From Octopus sinensis (taxonomy: Eukaryota), in assembly GCF_006345805.1 (NCBI RefSeq), contig NC_043003.1, positions 6,944,001 to 7,008,000 on the forward strand: a DNA stretch of 64,000 bases. Direction: 5' to 3'. The position numbers and the translations under genes were made by a program. The notes beneath the pieces are model-generated. The model searched no databases, was not told where the DNA came from, and saw nothing but the letters and a program-made list of their open reading frames with translations. Positions 24,011-34,499 of the stretch are shown piece by piece. How positions within the stretch are numbered: the first letter of the stretch is position 1; every line of letters starts with the position of its first letter.

Positions 24011-25103
24011 GGCGGCGAGCTGGCAGAAACGTTAGCACGCCGAGCAAAATGCTTAGCGGTATTTCGTCTACCGTTACGTTCTGAGTTCAAATTCCGCCGA
24101 GGTCGACTTTGCCTTTCATCCTTTCGTGGTCGATAAATTAGGTACCAGTTACGCACTGGGGTCGATATAATCGACTTAATCCCTTTGTCTGTCCTTGATT
24201 GTCCCCTCTGTGTTTAGCCCCTTGTGGGTAGTAAAGAAATAGGTATTTCGTCTGCCACTACGTTCTGAGTTCAAATTCCGCCGAGGTCGACTTTGCCTTT
24301 CATCCTTTCGGGGTCTATAAATTAAGTACCAGTTACGCACTGGGGTCGATATAATCGACTTCATCCGTTTGTCTGTCCTTGATTGTCCCCTCTGTGTTTA
24401 GCCCCTTGTGGGTAGTAAAGAAGTAGGTATTTCGTCTGCCGTTACGTTCTGAGTTCAAATTCCGCCGAGGTCAACTTTCGGTGTCGATAAATTAAGTACC
24501 AGTTACGCACTGGGGTCAATATAATTGACTTAATCCCTTTGTCTGTCCTTGTTTGTCCACTCTGTGTTTAGCCCCTTTTGGGTAGTAAAGAAATAGGTAT
24601 TTCGTTTGCCGTTACGTTCTGAGTTCAAATTCCGCCGAGGTCAACTTTCGGTGTCGATAAATTAAGTACCAGTTACGCACTGGGGTCGATGTAATCGACT
24701 TAATCCGTGTCTGTCCTTGTTCGTCCCCTCTGTGTTTGGCCCCTTGTGGGTAGTAAAGAAATAGGTATTTCGTCTGCCACTATGTTCTGAGTTCAAATTC
24801 CGCCGAGGTCGACTTTGCCTTTCATCCTTTCGGGGTCTATAAATTAAGTACCTGTTACGCACTGGGGTCGATATAATCGACTTCATCCGTTTGTCTGTCC
24901 TTGATTGTCCCCTCTGTGTTTAGCCCCTTGTGTAAAGAAGTAGGTATTTCGTCTGCCGTTACATTCTGAGTTCAAATTCCGCCGAGGTCAACTTTCGGTG
25001 TCGATAAATTAAGTACCAGTTACGCACTGGGATCGATATAATCAACTTAATCCGTTTGTCCCCTCTGCCTTTAGCCCCTTGTGGGTAGTAAAGAAATAGG
25101 TAT
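24011..25103 (+). mobile_element. Tandem hexamer of SINE family A
   Basis: One full unit (24011-24241), then headless units starting GGTATTTCG at 24242, 24426, 24596, 24764 and 24943. Confidence 0.95.
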
Positions 25104-25567
25104 CTACGACTGCAATATTTGAGGTGTTCTTACCTGTTTATTCCCAAGTCAGTCATGCTTCAGAAGATCTACGATCAAATGATATTCAACAGTGACCACC
25201 CCTTCTCTGATTCAGACATAAATGTAACTGTAACTATTATTTAATGTGCCCTTCCTTTTTAAGACTATAGGGTAAAATTTGAAGGCAGTTTAGCAGCTAT
25301 TTCTAGCAGGGCATCGTTGTTGTGGTTTCCCTATTGACCACATCTATTAAATTTGAACAGTGAATGAAGTATTATATTTGATGGAAACTATATCAGATCA
25401 GTTGTACTTGTTTGCAAGGCTGTCTTGGTTAAGAAGTTCATTCTGCAATGTTCGTCACCAAGATTCAATCCCACCTGACCTTTGGGTATTTATAGTTGAG
25501 TCCATTCTATTGAAAGCATTTAAACCAAGTATCTGGAATATAAAGATTTTCCTCCTTTTCTCTTAAT

Positions 25568-26070
25568 GGAGAATACCCTCCATCAGGCATTTGCCATATT
25601 CTGAACGCCTAACTTCCCTGGGCATGGACACATTGAAACTCCGACGTCTGGCAGCTGACTTGGCAGACACCCATAAAATTATTAACCATCTTACAAACAA
25701 TAACTCTGAGCACCTTTACAAACTCCACCTGTCTAACACCCGTGGTCATGTTTATAAAGTAAGAAAACAGCACAGCTCCCATGACTTTCAGAAACATTTT
25801 TTCATGCTAAGAGTTGCTGAAGCATGGAACAAACTGCTGGCATCAGTTGTTAGTTGTCCTTCAAAACTTCCATGCTTCCTGAGATTCGCCAACACTACAC
25901 CTGATTTTCTCCCCTCCATACACACACAAGCATGTATCTGACTCATACACTGTTCGCTTTCCAGACATTTGTACATTACTGCATATGCTTTATGTGCACT
26001 TTCTGACAAGTTGTGGTGCACCTGAGCACCGTATACAATAACTTCATTGTTAATATTATTATTATTATTT
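25568..26070 (+). mobile_element. CR1-type LINE 3' fragment (family a)
   Basis: YSERLTSLGMDTLKLRR...TRGH.YK...FF.LRV.EAWNKL; (ATT)n tail; homolog at 44680-45270. Confidence 0.9.
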
Positions 26071-26524
26071 TAATCTTAGAAGCCCTACAAAAAGAAAAAA
26101 ATCTCATAAATGATGCTCTTCCGACAAAATTAGGAAAATTACTTTTTTAATTATTCAATCTATTTTCAAGGGAAAGAGGTGTGAAAGTAGGACATTCTTC
26201 TATTTTGGTAGAAGTTTGGGGAGGGAGGACATTTCCAAAGATTGAAAGTGAAATATGAAGTATAAAAATGTCACCATTTTCATAAAAGTTGTTTAGTCTT
26301 TGGTTAATGGTGATTAGGCTGATCTTTGATCATAGGCATTCGAGCAGTTACCATTCTGTCTTTTTTGAGGTTGCATAATGTACCTTTTATTTTTTAAGAT
26401 GATGCAGTGTGATTTGAAGAAGATTTGGCTGTATTTCTAACAGGTCAAAATTACCTTGACGCTACCTCGATATTGTTATGCTGAAGACAAAGTAAATAGC
26501 AACAAAATACCAGGGACAGTTTAA

Positions 26525-26886
26525 CCCTTTAGTATTCAGATTATTCTGTCAAATGTAATGCTTATGTAATGGTGAAGATGCCAACGACCGCTCAGTTCAA
26601 AGCCTCTCTTGACCAGAAATGGCCTGAACTCTTTGCATGAACACCACCCTGTACATAACTCCATACCCCCTACATGGCCTTGCTTTTTGCTTTTTGAGCC
26701 AAAAAATTAACTTAACTTAATCAAATTGTTTTGAATTAATCATGCAAAGACATCAGAGCATTGAAATTTTGAGGATGTGATTGCTTATTCTTAGAATGAC
26801 ATTGTAGGATAAGTGTGCAAAGCCAGATCCGGCCAGTTTGAACATAGAACAAGTAGAATATTTGGGCCGGTTTAAATGCTAAAGGG
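26525..26886. mobile_element. piggyBac-type MITE with a nested CR1 (family b) 3' fragment at ~26566-26722
   Basis: TTAA|CCCTTTAGTATT ... AATGCTAAAGGG|TTAA; the insert matches 37798-37950 in reverse. Confidence 0.8.
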
Positions 26887-27539
26887 TTAATTGACTGCCT
26901 TTAATGACCCTTAAATTGTCAATTTGTGTCAGATATATTTATTGTTATGGAATTCAGTCAACCAAGTGTGAGGATTAGATATTTGTCAACTGACAAAGAA
27001 ATGGACAGAAGAATTACCTTTGTAGCAGCCATTGAAGAGTGGGCACCAGCTGTACAAACTCAAGTTATACACTGGTCTTGTAACTATAAACACTACAGCT
27101 ACACACCACCAACTGTACTCATGGCAGCTCTACAGCTTACTCTCTTCACACATATATTCCCTTTCTTCTCATCACTTCAACATCTCCTCCCAAATGTATA
27201 TATCCTCTGCAAACAGAACAACCATTCTGTATAAAATAGATGTTCCACTTGCAGAAGAACAAGTGTCACATTCTGACCAAAGTAACCATGTTTGCTTCCA
27301 CCCATGACCACCATCTGAATCTACAGAAATAGACTTTATGAGAGACAAAGTGCAACATGTCCAGACTGAAGTATTTTACCAAATATGATAAACCATTTCT
27401 TGTTTTTGTCTCTCTAAACATCTCTACTTTCCATCAAACATTACTAATACATGCTGGTACCTGTGTAGAGTTCTTTTCTCTGCATATTTTCTCTCTGTCT
27501 TGCTGTTTCAAAGTCTCTTTTCAAATTTTAGCAGCTAAC

Positions 27540-28007
27540 CGGCTTCCGTGCCAGTGGCACTTAAAAGGCACCAGTCGAGCGTGATCGCTACCAGCGTCGC
27601 ATTACTCGCACTCGAGCCCCGTGCTAGTAGGGTATTAAGAGCACCATCCAAGCATGATCATTGCCAGAGCGGCTATCTGGCCTCCGTGCCAGTGGCACAT
27701 AAAAGACACCATTTGAGCGTGATCGTTACCAGTGTCGCATTACTGGCACCTGCGCTGGTGGCATGTGTAAAAGATTCAAGCGAGGTCGTTGCCAGTGCTG
27801 CCTGACTGGCCCTCGTGCTGGTGGCATGTAAAAGTACCCACTACACTGTCAGAGTGGTTGGCGTTAGGAAGGGCATCCAGCTGTAGAAACTCTGCCAGAT
27901 CAAGATTGAAGCCTGGTGCAGCCATCTGGTTCGCCAGCCCTCAGTCATTCGTCCAACCCATGCTAGCATGGAAAGCAGACGTTAAACAATGATGATGATG
28001 ATGATGA
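27540..28007 (+). mobile_element. Family B copy with duplicated internal module
   Basis: GGCAC.TAAAAG.CACC...GAGCGTGATCG.TACCAG twice, family B core, (GAT)n tail. Confidence 0.85.
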
Positions 28008-28049
28008 ATCTTTGTCTCACCTTTTAACTGTCTTTCATCTCTTATACAT

Positions 28050-28069
28050 TTTTTTCGTTTTTATTTCAG
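28050..28069 (+). promoter_or_regulatory. Candidate splice acceptor upstream of the ZNF coding region
   Basis: TTTTTTTCGTTTTTATTTCAG| at 28069. A possible donor GTAAGA at 28125 makes the exon structure ambiguous. Confidence 0.45.
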
Positions 28070-28524
28070 ACTCAGCTACCTTTAAGATTGAAATTTCTTG
28101 CCAAGAACACAGCAACAACTTGAAGTAAGACATGGGACTCTGCTAAACAATCTTCATTATCAAAAGTATTTCAGTTGACACCTGCAAGAATTTGCCATTG
28201 TCAAGATATTTGGCTTCTCTGTAATTTTCTGTAACAGTTTCTCTTGAAACATGTAGCACGAGGCTTTGACTGACTTATGTCTTTTATGGATCTGAATATA
28301 TCTAGAGAATTTGAACTCCTTCATGAATTCTTATTTAACTCTAGAGAAAAATTCCATCTAAAGAAAGTGTCTTTAGATTGAGAGTTCTGCAGACTTTAAA
28401 AAAAAAAGAGTTTAGTTTAAAGAATAGTTTCAATATTGAGGACTTTTATTGAAAAGTTTTGTCATCAAAAAACTCCAAGTATTTCCGACATTTTTTTGTA
28501 TTATTTGAACAACGGAAAGGAATT

Positions 28525-29970
28525 ATGGAAGAAAATCAGTTTGAGGATGAAGTTGATGATGAAACAATAGAAAAGGTTGATGATTCCCCTAAAGAGACAA
28601 AGGTAGGTGCAGCTAAGAAATCCCATCCCTGTGACGTTTGTGGGAAATCCTTCACAAGAAATAGTTATTTGACTCAACATAAATTAAATCACACAACCTC
28701 TAAACTCTTTCCCTGCGAAATTTGTGGTAAAAAGTTGTCTTCGAGTAGTTCCCTGCATTTCCACAAACGTATCCACACGGGGGAGAAACCCTACCACTGT
28801 GATATCTGTGGTAAATTTTTCTCCCGAATTAACAGTTTGACTCTTCACAAACGGATCCATTCAGGTGAAACCCCTTACCATTGTGATATCTGTGGGAAAA
28901 TCTTGTCTTGCAGCAGCCAATTGGTTTCACACAGAAGAACTCATACCGGGGAGCAACCATATAAGTGCGATATTTGTGATAAAAACTTCTCCCATTTTAG
29001 TTATTTATCTAAACACAAACTCATCCACACCAGAGAGAAATTATTCCAGTGCGATATCTGTGGGAAAGGCTTCACTTTTAAAGTCCAACTATCGACTCAC
29101 ATCTGGATTCATACAGGAGAAAAACCATATCCATGTGATATTTGTGGTAAAACATTTTCACTGAAAGGTGAGTTATCTCGACATCAACGTGTTCACACTG
29201 GAGATAAGCCATTCCAGTGTGATATTTGTGGAAGGACATTTGCACAAAAAAGCCATGTCATTCAACATAAACTAATTCACACAGGCTCAAAGCCTTTTCA
29301 TTGTGAAATTTGTGGAAAGAAATTCACTGCCAACAGTTCCCTGTCTTGTCATATACGTATCCATACGGGAGAGAAACCCTACCACTGCGATATCTGTGAT
29401 AAAACATTTACATGCAAGAGTCAGTTATCTCGTCATGAGCGAATTCATACTGGAGAGAAACCGTATAATTGCGATATTTGTAGTAAGACATTTGCATGTA
29501 GAAGCCAACTATCTTGTCATAAGCGTCTTCATACTGGAGAGAAACCGTACCATTGTGATATTTGTGGTAAAACATTTACTTGTATGAATCAATTATCTTG
29601 TCACAAACGTGTTCACACTGGAGAAAAACCATACCACTGTGATATTTGTGATAAATCGTTCTCTCTGAGTGGGAACTTGGCAAGTCACAAACGTATTCAC
29701 AAAGGGGAGTGTCCGTATCGTTGCGAGACCTGTGGTAAAACATTCTCTCGCAGCAGTCACTTATCCAATCACAATATTATTCACACAGGTGAGAAACCAT
29801 ATGACTGTGATATCTGTGGTAAGAAATTCCCTCGTGTTAGTTCTTTGACTGCTCACAAACGCGTTCACACGGGAGAAAAGCCTTACCATTGTGACGTTTG
29901 TGGTAAAGATTTCACCTGGAAAGGCCAGTTTTCTAATCATGTACAGACACATTCTGGAGACAAGTCGTAG
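28525..29970 (+). CDS. C2H2 zinc-finger protein, 16 tandem fingers, short acidic N-terminus, no recognisable effector domain
   Basis: Uninterrupted ORF with repeated CxxC-x12-HxxxH and TGEKPY linkers. First in-frame ATG at 28525 (MEENQFEDE...); AATAAA at 30356. Confidence 0.93.
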   Translation: MEENQFEDEVDDETIEKVDDSPKETKVGAAKKSHPCDVCGKSFTRNSYLTQHKLNHTTSKLFPCEICGKKLSSSSSLHFHKRIHTGEKPYHCDICGKFFSRINSLTLHKRIHSGETPYHCDICGKILSCSSQLVSHRRTHTGEQPYKCDICDKNFSHFSYLSKHKLIHTREKLFQCDICGKGFTFKVQLSTHIWIHTGEKPYPCDICGKTFSLKGELSRHQRVHTGDKPFQCDICGRTFAQKSHVIQHKLIHTGSKPFHCEICGKKFTANSSLSCHIRIHTGEKPYHCDICDKTFTCKSQLSRHERIHTGEKPYNCDICSKTFACRSQLSCHKRLHTGEKPYHCDICGKTFTCMNQLSCHKRVHTGEKPYHCDICDKSFSLSGNLASHKRIHKGECPYRCETCGKTFSRSSHLSNHNIIHTGEKPYDCDICGKKFPRVSSLTAHKRVHTGEKPYHCDVCGKDFTWKGQFSNHVQTHSGDKS

Positions 29971-30429
29971 CATTGTTTTGAGAGAAAACTGTCTTCCAAT
30001 ATATTTCTCATCAGAGACAGATACACCTGGAAAGTAATTCATAGAATGGTGAAATTCTATTTAAAAAAAAAAAATCCAATGAAAGATTCTTGTGGCTCAC
30101 TTCACCATAACAGATATTCAAGTGACAATGAAATTATGAGAGAGAGAAATCATGTTGTGACAGGATTAAGTTACAATGGGATTCTTGTGAAAGACACATC
30201 AAATTAAATTCAGAAGAAAACTTGTGAAATGGATGGAAACACTACAAAACTTCCACTACAACTATTTTGAGTATTTTCTATTTATGATTAATGTATTTGT
30301 GCTGTCAATGATGACAGAAAGTATAACTATCTTACGTAAATGTATTGAAAATGATAATAAAATTAAGTTAAAATACAAAAATAAAACTTAATTTTTTAAA
30401 TACTCGTACCAGCTTGGAAAACATCTAAA

Positions 30430-30760
30430 AAAAAAAGCTTCAAAATGCAGTTTGAGTTTGTGCCAGGTTGTGAGGGCACAGATGCTGTATTTTCAATGAG
30501 ACGGTTACAAGAATATTCCTTAGTAAAGAACATGCTGTTCTATTTTTCTGATATAGGTCTTTGACTGAAGTTTGAGGTACTAAGTATATTTGGTGCAGAT
30601 GACACTAAGAAAAATTGACTTGTAGAGTTTATCAAGCTATGTAGGAAGGTGCTATCAGCAAAAGTAGGCTTCTCAGCGTGTTCTGTGGGAAGTTTAGTGT
30701 AAAGGCAAGTATTCATCATCAGAGTTCTCTTCTCAGCTCCCTTCTAATCTTATAGTTCTT
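30430..30760 (+). mobile_element. Highly decayed RTE RT fragment
   Basis: MQFEFVPG..GTDAVFSMRRLQE motif. Confidence 0.55.
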
Positions 30761-30790
30761 GAATTCTGCATTAATTGACATTGAGTATTT

Positions 30791-33080
30791 CATCATCATC
30801 ATCATCGTTTAATGTCCGTTTTCCGTGCTAGCACGGGTTGGATGGTTCGACTGGGATCTGGGAAGCCAGGAGGCTGCACCAGGCTCCAGTCTGATCTGGC
30901 AGTGTTTCTACAGCTAGATGCCCTTCCTAACCCCAACCACTCCGTGAGTGTAGTGGGTGCTTTTACGTGCCACCGGCACAGGTGCCAGGGGAGGCTGGCA
31001 GTGGCCACGATCGGTTGGTGCTTTTTACGTGCCACTGGCACAGAAGCCAGTCAAGGCGGCACTGGCTCAGGGCGGCAAATGATCTAATTCTCCTGGAAAA
31101 ATCTGTGAAGCTGAATTCCAAAGCTGGAAGCATTGTCTACAGTCTTAAAGCCTGATGGTCAACATTGCTGAAATCAAAATGCTAGTTAGTGAGAAAAAGA
31201 GAGCATGACAGTCTTGGGGTTTCATACAAGAATGAAGGAAGCTAGAATTTAATAGTCAGGGTAAGGAACCGAAAACATGCACTCAACTTATGGTAAATCT
31301 TGGGCTTATCCTAGGTATATTATAGTATGGTTAAGAACTTCATTTCACAATGACATAATCCTGGGGGTTGATCCCACTGCATGGCAACTTAGCTAGGTAT
31401 CTACCTTCTACAATAGCCTAAGGCCACGTTGCCAGAGCCGCTATCTGGCCCTGGTGGCATGTGTAAAAGAATCGAGCAAGGTCGTTGCCAGTATCACCCG
31501 ACTGGCCCCGTGCCAGTGGCACGTAAAAGCACCCACTACACTCTCGGAGTTGTTGGCGTTAGGAAGAGCATCCGGCTGTAGAAATTTTTACGTGCCACCA
31601 GCACAGGTGCCAGGCGAGGCTGGCAACGGCCACGATCGGTTGGTGCTTTTAATATGCCACCAAAAGAGAAAAATACTGTGTGATGGCAGACTGGATGACC
31701 TGACCTTGCAAGCCGTAGTCTGGTGATCCCTGCTCTAGACAAGTAATTATAGAAGTATCAAATTGCTGGGCCAGGTCATGAAAGTTACAGAAAGGATCAT
31801 AGTTCAACTAATTAGAAAGTGAGTTAACCTAGATGAGAAGCAGTTTCATTTTGTGCCACGGAGAAGGACTACAGGTACCATCTTCCTAGTAAGACAACTA
31901 CAGGAGAAGCATTTGTTGATGGGGACAAGGTCTCTTTCCCTCTCAACTGGTGTCATTGCAAAAGCTAGGGACAGGTGAACAGCTGATGAGAACTCCCCAA
32001 GTCAAATACATGGATACTATCTGTAAGGTGAAATGAGTATCATCATCATCATCGTTTAACGTCCGTTTTCCATGCTAGCATGGGTTGGACGGTTCGACTG
32101 GCGTCTGGGAAGCCAGGAGGCTGCACCAGGCCCAATCTGATCTGGCAGTGTTTCTACAGCTGGATGTCCTTCCTAACGCCAACCACTCCATGAGTGTAGT
32201 GGGTGCTTTTTATGTGCCAGGGGAGGCTGGCAATGGCCACAATTGGTTGGTGCTTTTTAACTGGCATGGAAGCCAGTCAAGGTGGTGCTGGTATCGACCA
32301 TGTACGGATGGTGCTTTTTAAGTACCACTGGCACGGAAGCCACGTATGGATGGTGCATCGGCCATGTACGGATGGTGCATTTTACGTGCCACCGGCACAG
32401 GTATCACAACCACAGTTTCCATTTGATCTTTTGATGTTGATGTACTTTACTCAACAGGTCTCCTCAAGCATAGCAGGTCGCCCTACGATCCAAGGTAAGT
32501 ACAACAGGCCGTCCTGCGATCCAAGGCACTTTGGAAGGGCTGGGGCTTCTATGTGAAGCTGGTGCAGGAGACAGCCTGCATTATTTGTCGGGTCTTCGCA
32601 GTCACAGCATATCTCCAGAAGTTTCGGTCTTCCATTATTGCATCAATGAATATTGTATGCAGGTAAAAGTTCACTAGGGATCAGTTCTCAGTCCCCTCTT
32701 ATCATAGTCCTCTAACCCTTAACAGAGGAATTTAAGACCTGTTGCCTGTGGGAGCTCCTCAGTGCTAGCTGAACTTGTAGTAGAAATATAGAAGAAATTG
32801 CAGAAGTGGAAGCAAAGCCTAGAATTAAAGGTCCTTGCGGTTAATTTAGCAAAGACCAAAGGAAAGCAGGCAAATTGCTGATTCTTTCAAGGAAATGGCC
32901 ATGCTCGGCGTCAGCGTTTAACGTCTGCCTTCCATGCTAGTATGAGTTGGACGATTTTGACTGAGGGCTGGCAAACCAGACGGCTGCACCAGGCTCCAAT
33001 CTTGATCTGGCAGAGTTTCTACAGCTGAATGCCCTTCCTAACGCCAACCACTTCATGAGTGTAGTAGAAATTCCACATAG
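30791..33080. mobile_element. Cluster of family B copies (both strands) and RTE RT fragments
   Basis: B copies at ~30791-31075(-), 31425-31585(+), 32035-32640(-), 32905-33075(-). RT remnant NYRSIKLLGQVMKV.ER...FLVRQLQEK at ~31740-31915. Confidence 0.8.
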
Positions 33081-34460
33081 TACCCAGTGCATGCTATGAG
33101 CACATAAGCAGTGCAGTGGAATCATAAGAGGGTTAACGAGAGAAAGTAGTCTTTGTGACAAATTGTGCAGGAACAATAAACATTAAGAGGACCCAGGAGG
33201 ATCAGTGGCAGTAATAAATGGTTTGTTATCTAGGTGACCCCTAATTAGCAGTGGAGGAGGACTTCTGAAAGCATAATTGCTAGAATAAGATCCAGCTCGG
33301 AAAAGTTTAGAGATATTATCTTTGTTGGTAACAAAGGGCCTTCCTCTCGGGGTGAAAGGCAGATTATATGATGCATGTGTACAAACAGCTATGCTACATG
33401 GTAGTGAAATGTGGACTGTGACTGTAGAGGACATGCAAAAGCTCAAAACAAAAATGAAGCTAGTATGCTCCAATGGATGTGCATGTATGCCAAAGTGTAA
33501 ACTTGGGTAGAAGAGGCGTCAGATATTGTGTGCAACGGAAAAGACTACTAGTATGGTCATGTATTTTATATGAATGAAGCTGAATCACTATGACAACTAG
33601 AGAAGAAATTTCAGGTGGTGGAATCAAAACCTGGAATCTAAGGGCCTTGGAGTTAATTTAACTAAAACCAAACTTGTAGTAAATAGGAAAACAGAGAAAT
33701 CACAAGAACCTTTAAGGAGATGGCCCTGCTCGATATGTAAGAAAGGTGTTGGTAGAAACTCCATATGTTGTACCCAGTGCAAGCTTTGGATACATAAGAG
33801 GTGTAACAGCATCACAGGAAGGTTAATGAAGAAGATAGACTTTGTATGTGATAAATGTGCAGGTACAATAAGCACTAGAAATGCTCAGGGGGATCATTAG
33901 AAGTAATAGATAGCTTGTATTGCCTAGGTGACTGAATTAGCAGTGTGGAGGAAGTTCTAAAAGTGTAGTTGCTAGAATAAGAACAGGCTGGGGCAAAGTT
34001 CAGAGAGCTTCTGTCTTTGTTGGTGACTAAAGGCCTCTCCTTCAGAGTGAAAGGCAGATTGTATGATGCCTGTGCTACATGGCAGTGAAACATGAGTTTT
34101 AATTATAGAGGACTTGCGAAGGATTGAAAGGAATGAAGCTAGCATTCTCTTCTGGATGGGTAATGTTAGCGTGCACCCACACAACAAAGTGTGGGTGATT
34201 TAAGAGGAATACTAGGTATAAGAAGCATCAGTTGTAAGAGAGAAGAATGTGCTGGTTTGGTCATGCGATGTGTGTGATTGAGGACAGAAGCACAAAGAAG
34301 TACTGAGCGCTACTTGTAGAGGGAACCTGTGGAAGATGGAAAAAGTGCTGAGAAAGGATCTTCAGATGCTGGGCCTCACTGAGAAAATGATAAGGCATCA
34401 GGGGTTGTGGGAATTTGTTGCACTTGAGAAGATGCATCAGGCCAAGTAAAATCACTGTCA
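33080..34460 (+). mobile_element. Rearranged RTE LINE ORF fragments including a PHD-type finger
   Basis: LVTKGLPLGVKGRLYDACVQTAMLHGSE.W; ESKGLGVNLTKTK followed by WPCSIC...CTQCKLWIHKRC...FVCDKC (33727-33858). Confidence 0.85.
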
Positions 34461-34499
34461 TCTGTACATATAGGCTTGTAAAATGCACTTGTACCAGTG

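Noticed and set aside
24176-24886. Repeated ORF MKSIISTPVRN.YLIYRPRKDERQSRPRRNLNSE
   Set aside because: Antisense translation of SINE A.
24011-25103. CRISPR-like array
   Set aside because: Units are wholly repeated with no unique spacers, there are no cas genes, and the context is eukaryotic.
28459-28524. N-terminal extension of the ZNF ORF from the listed start
   Set aside because: The start is TTG, not ATG; the first ATG at 28525 is preferred.
28865-30042. Overlapping alternative-frame and antisense ORFs in both ZNF loci
   Set aside because: Shadow ORFs expected from repetitive finger codons.
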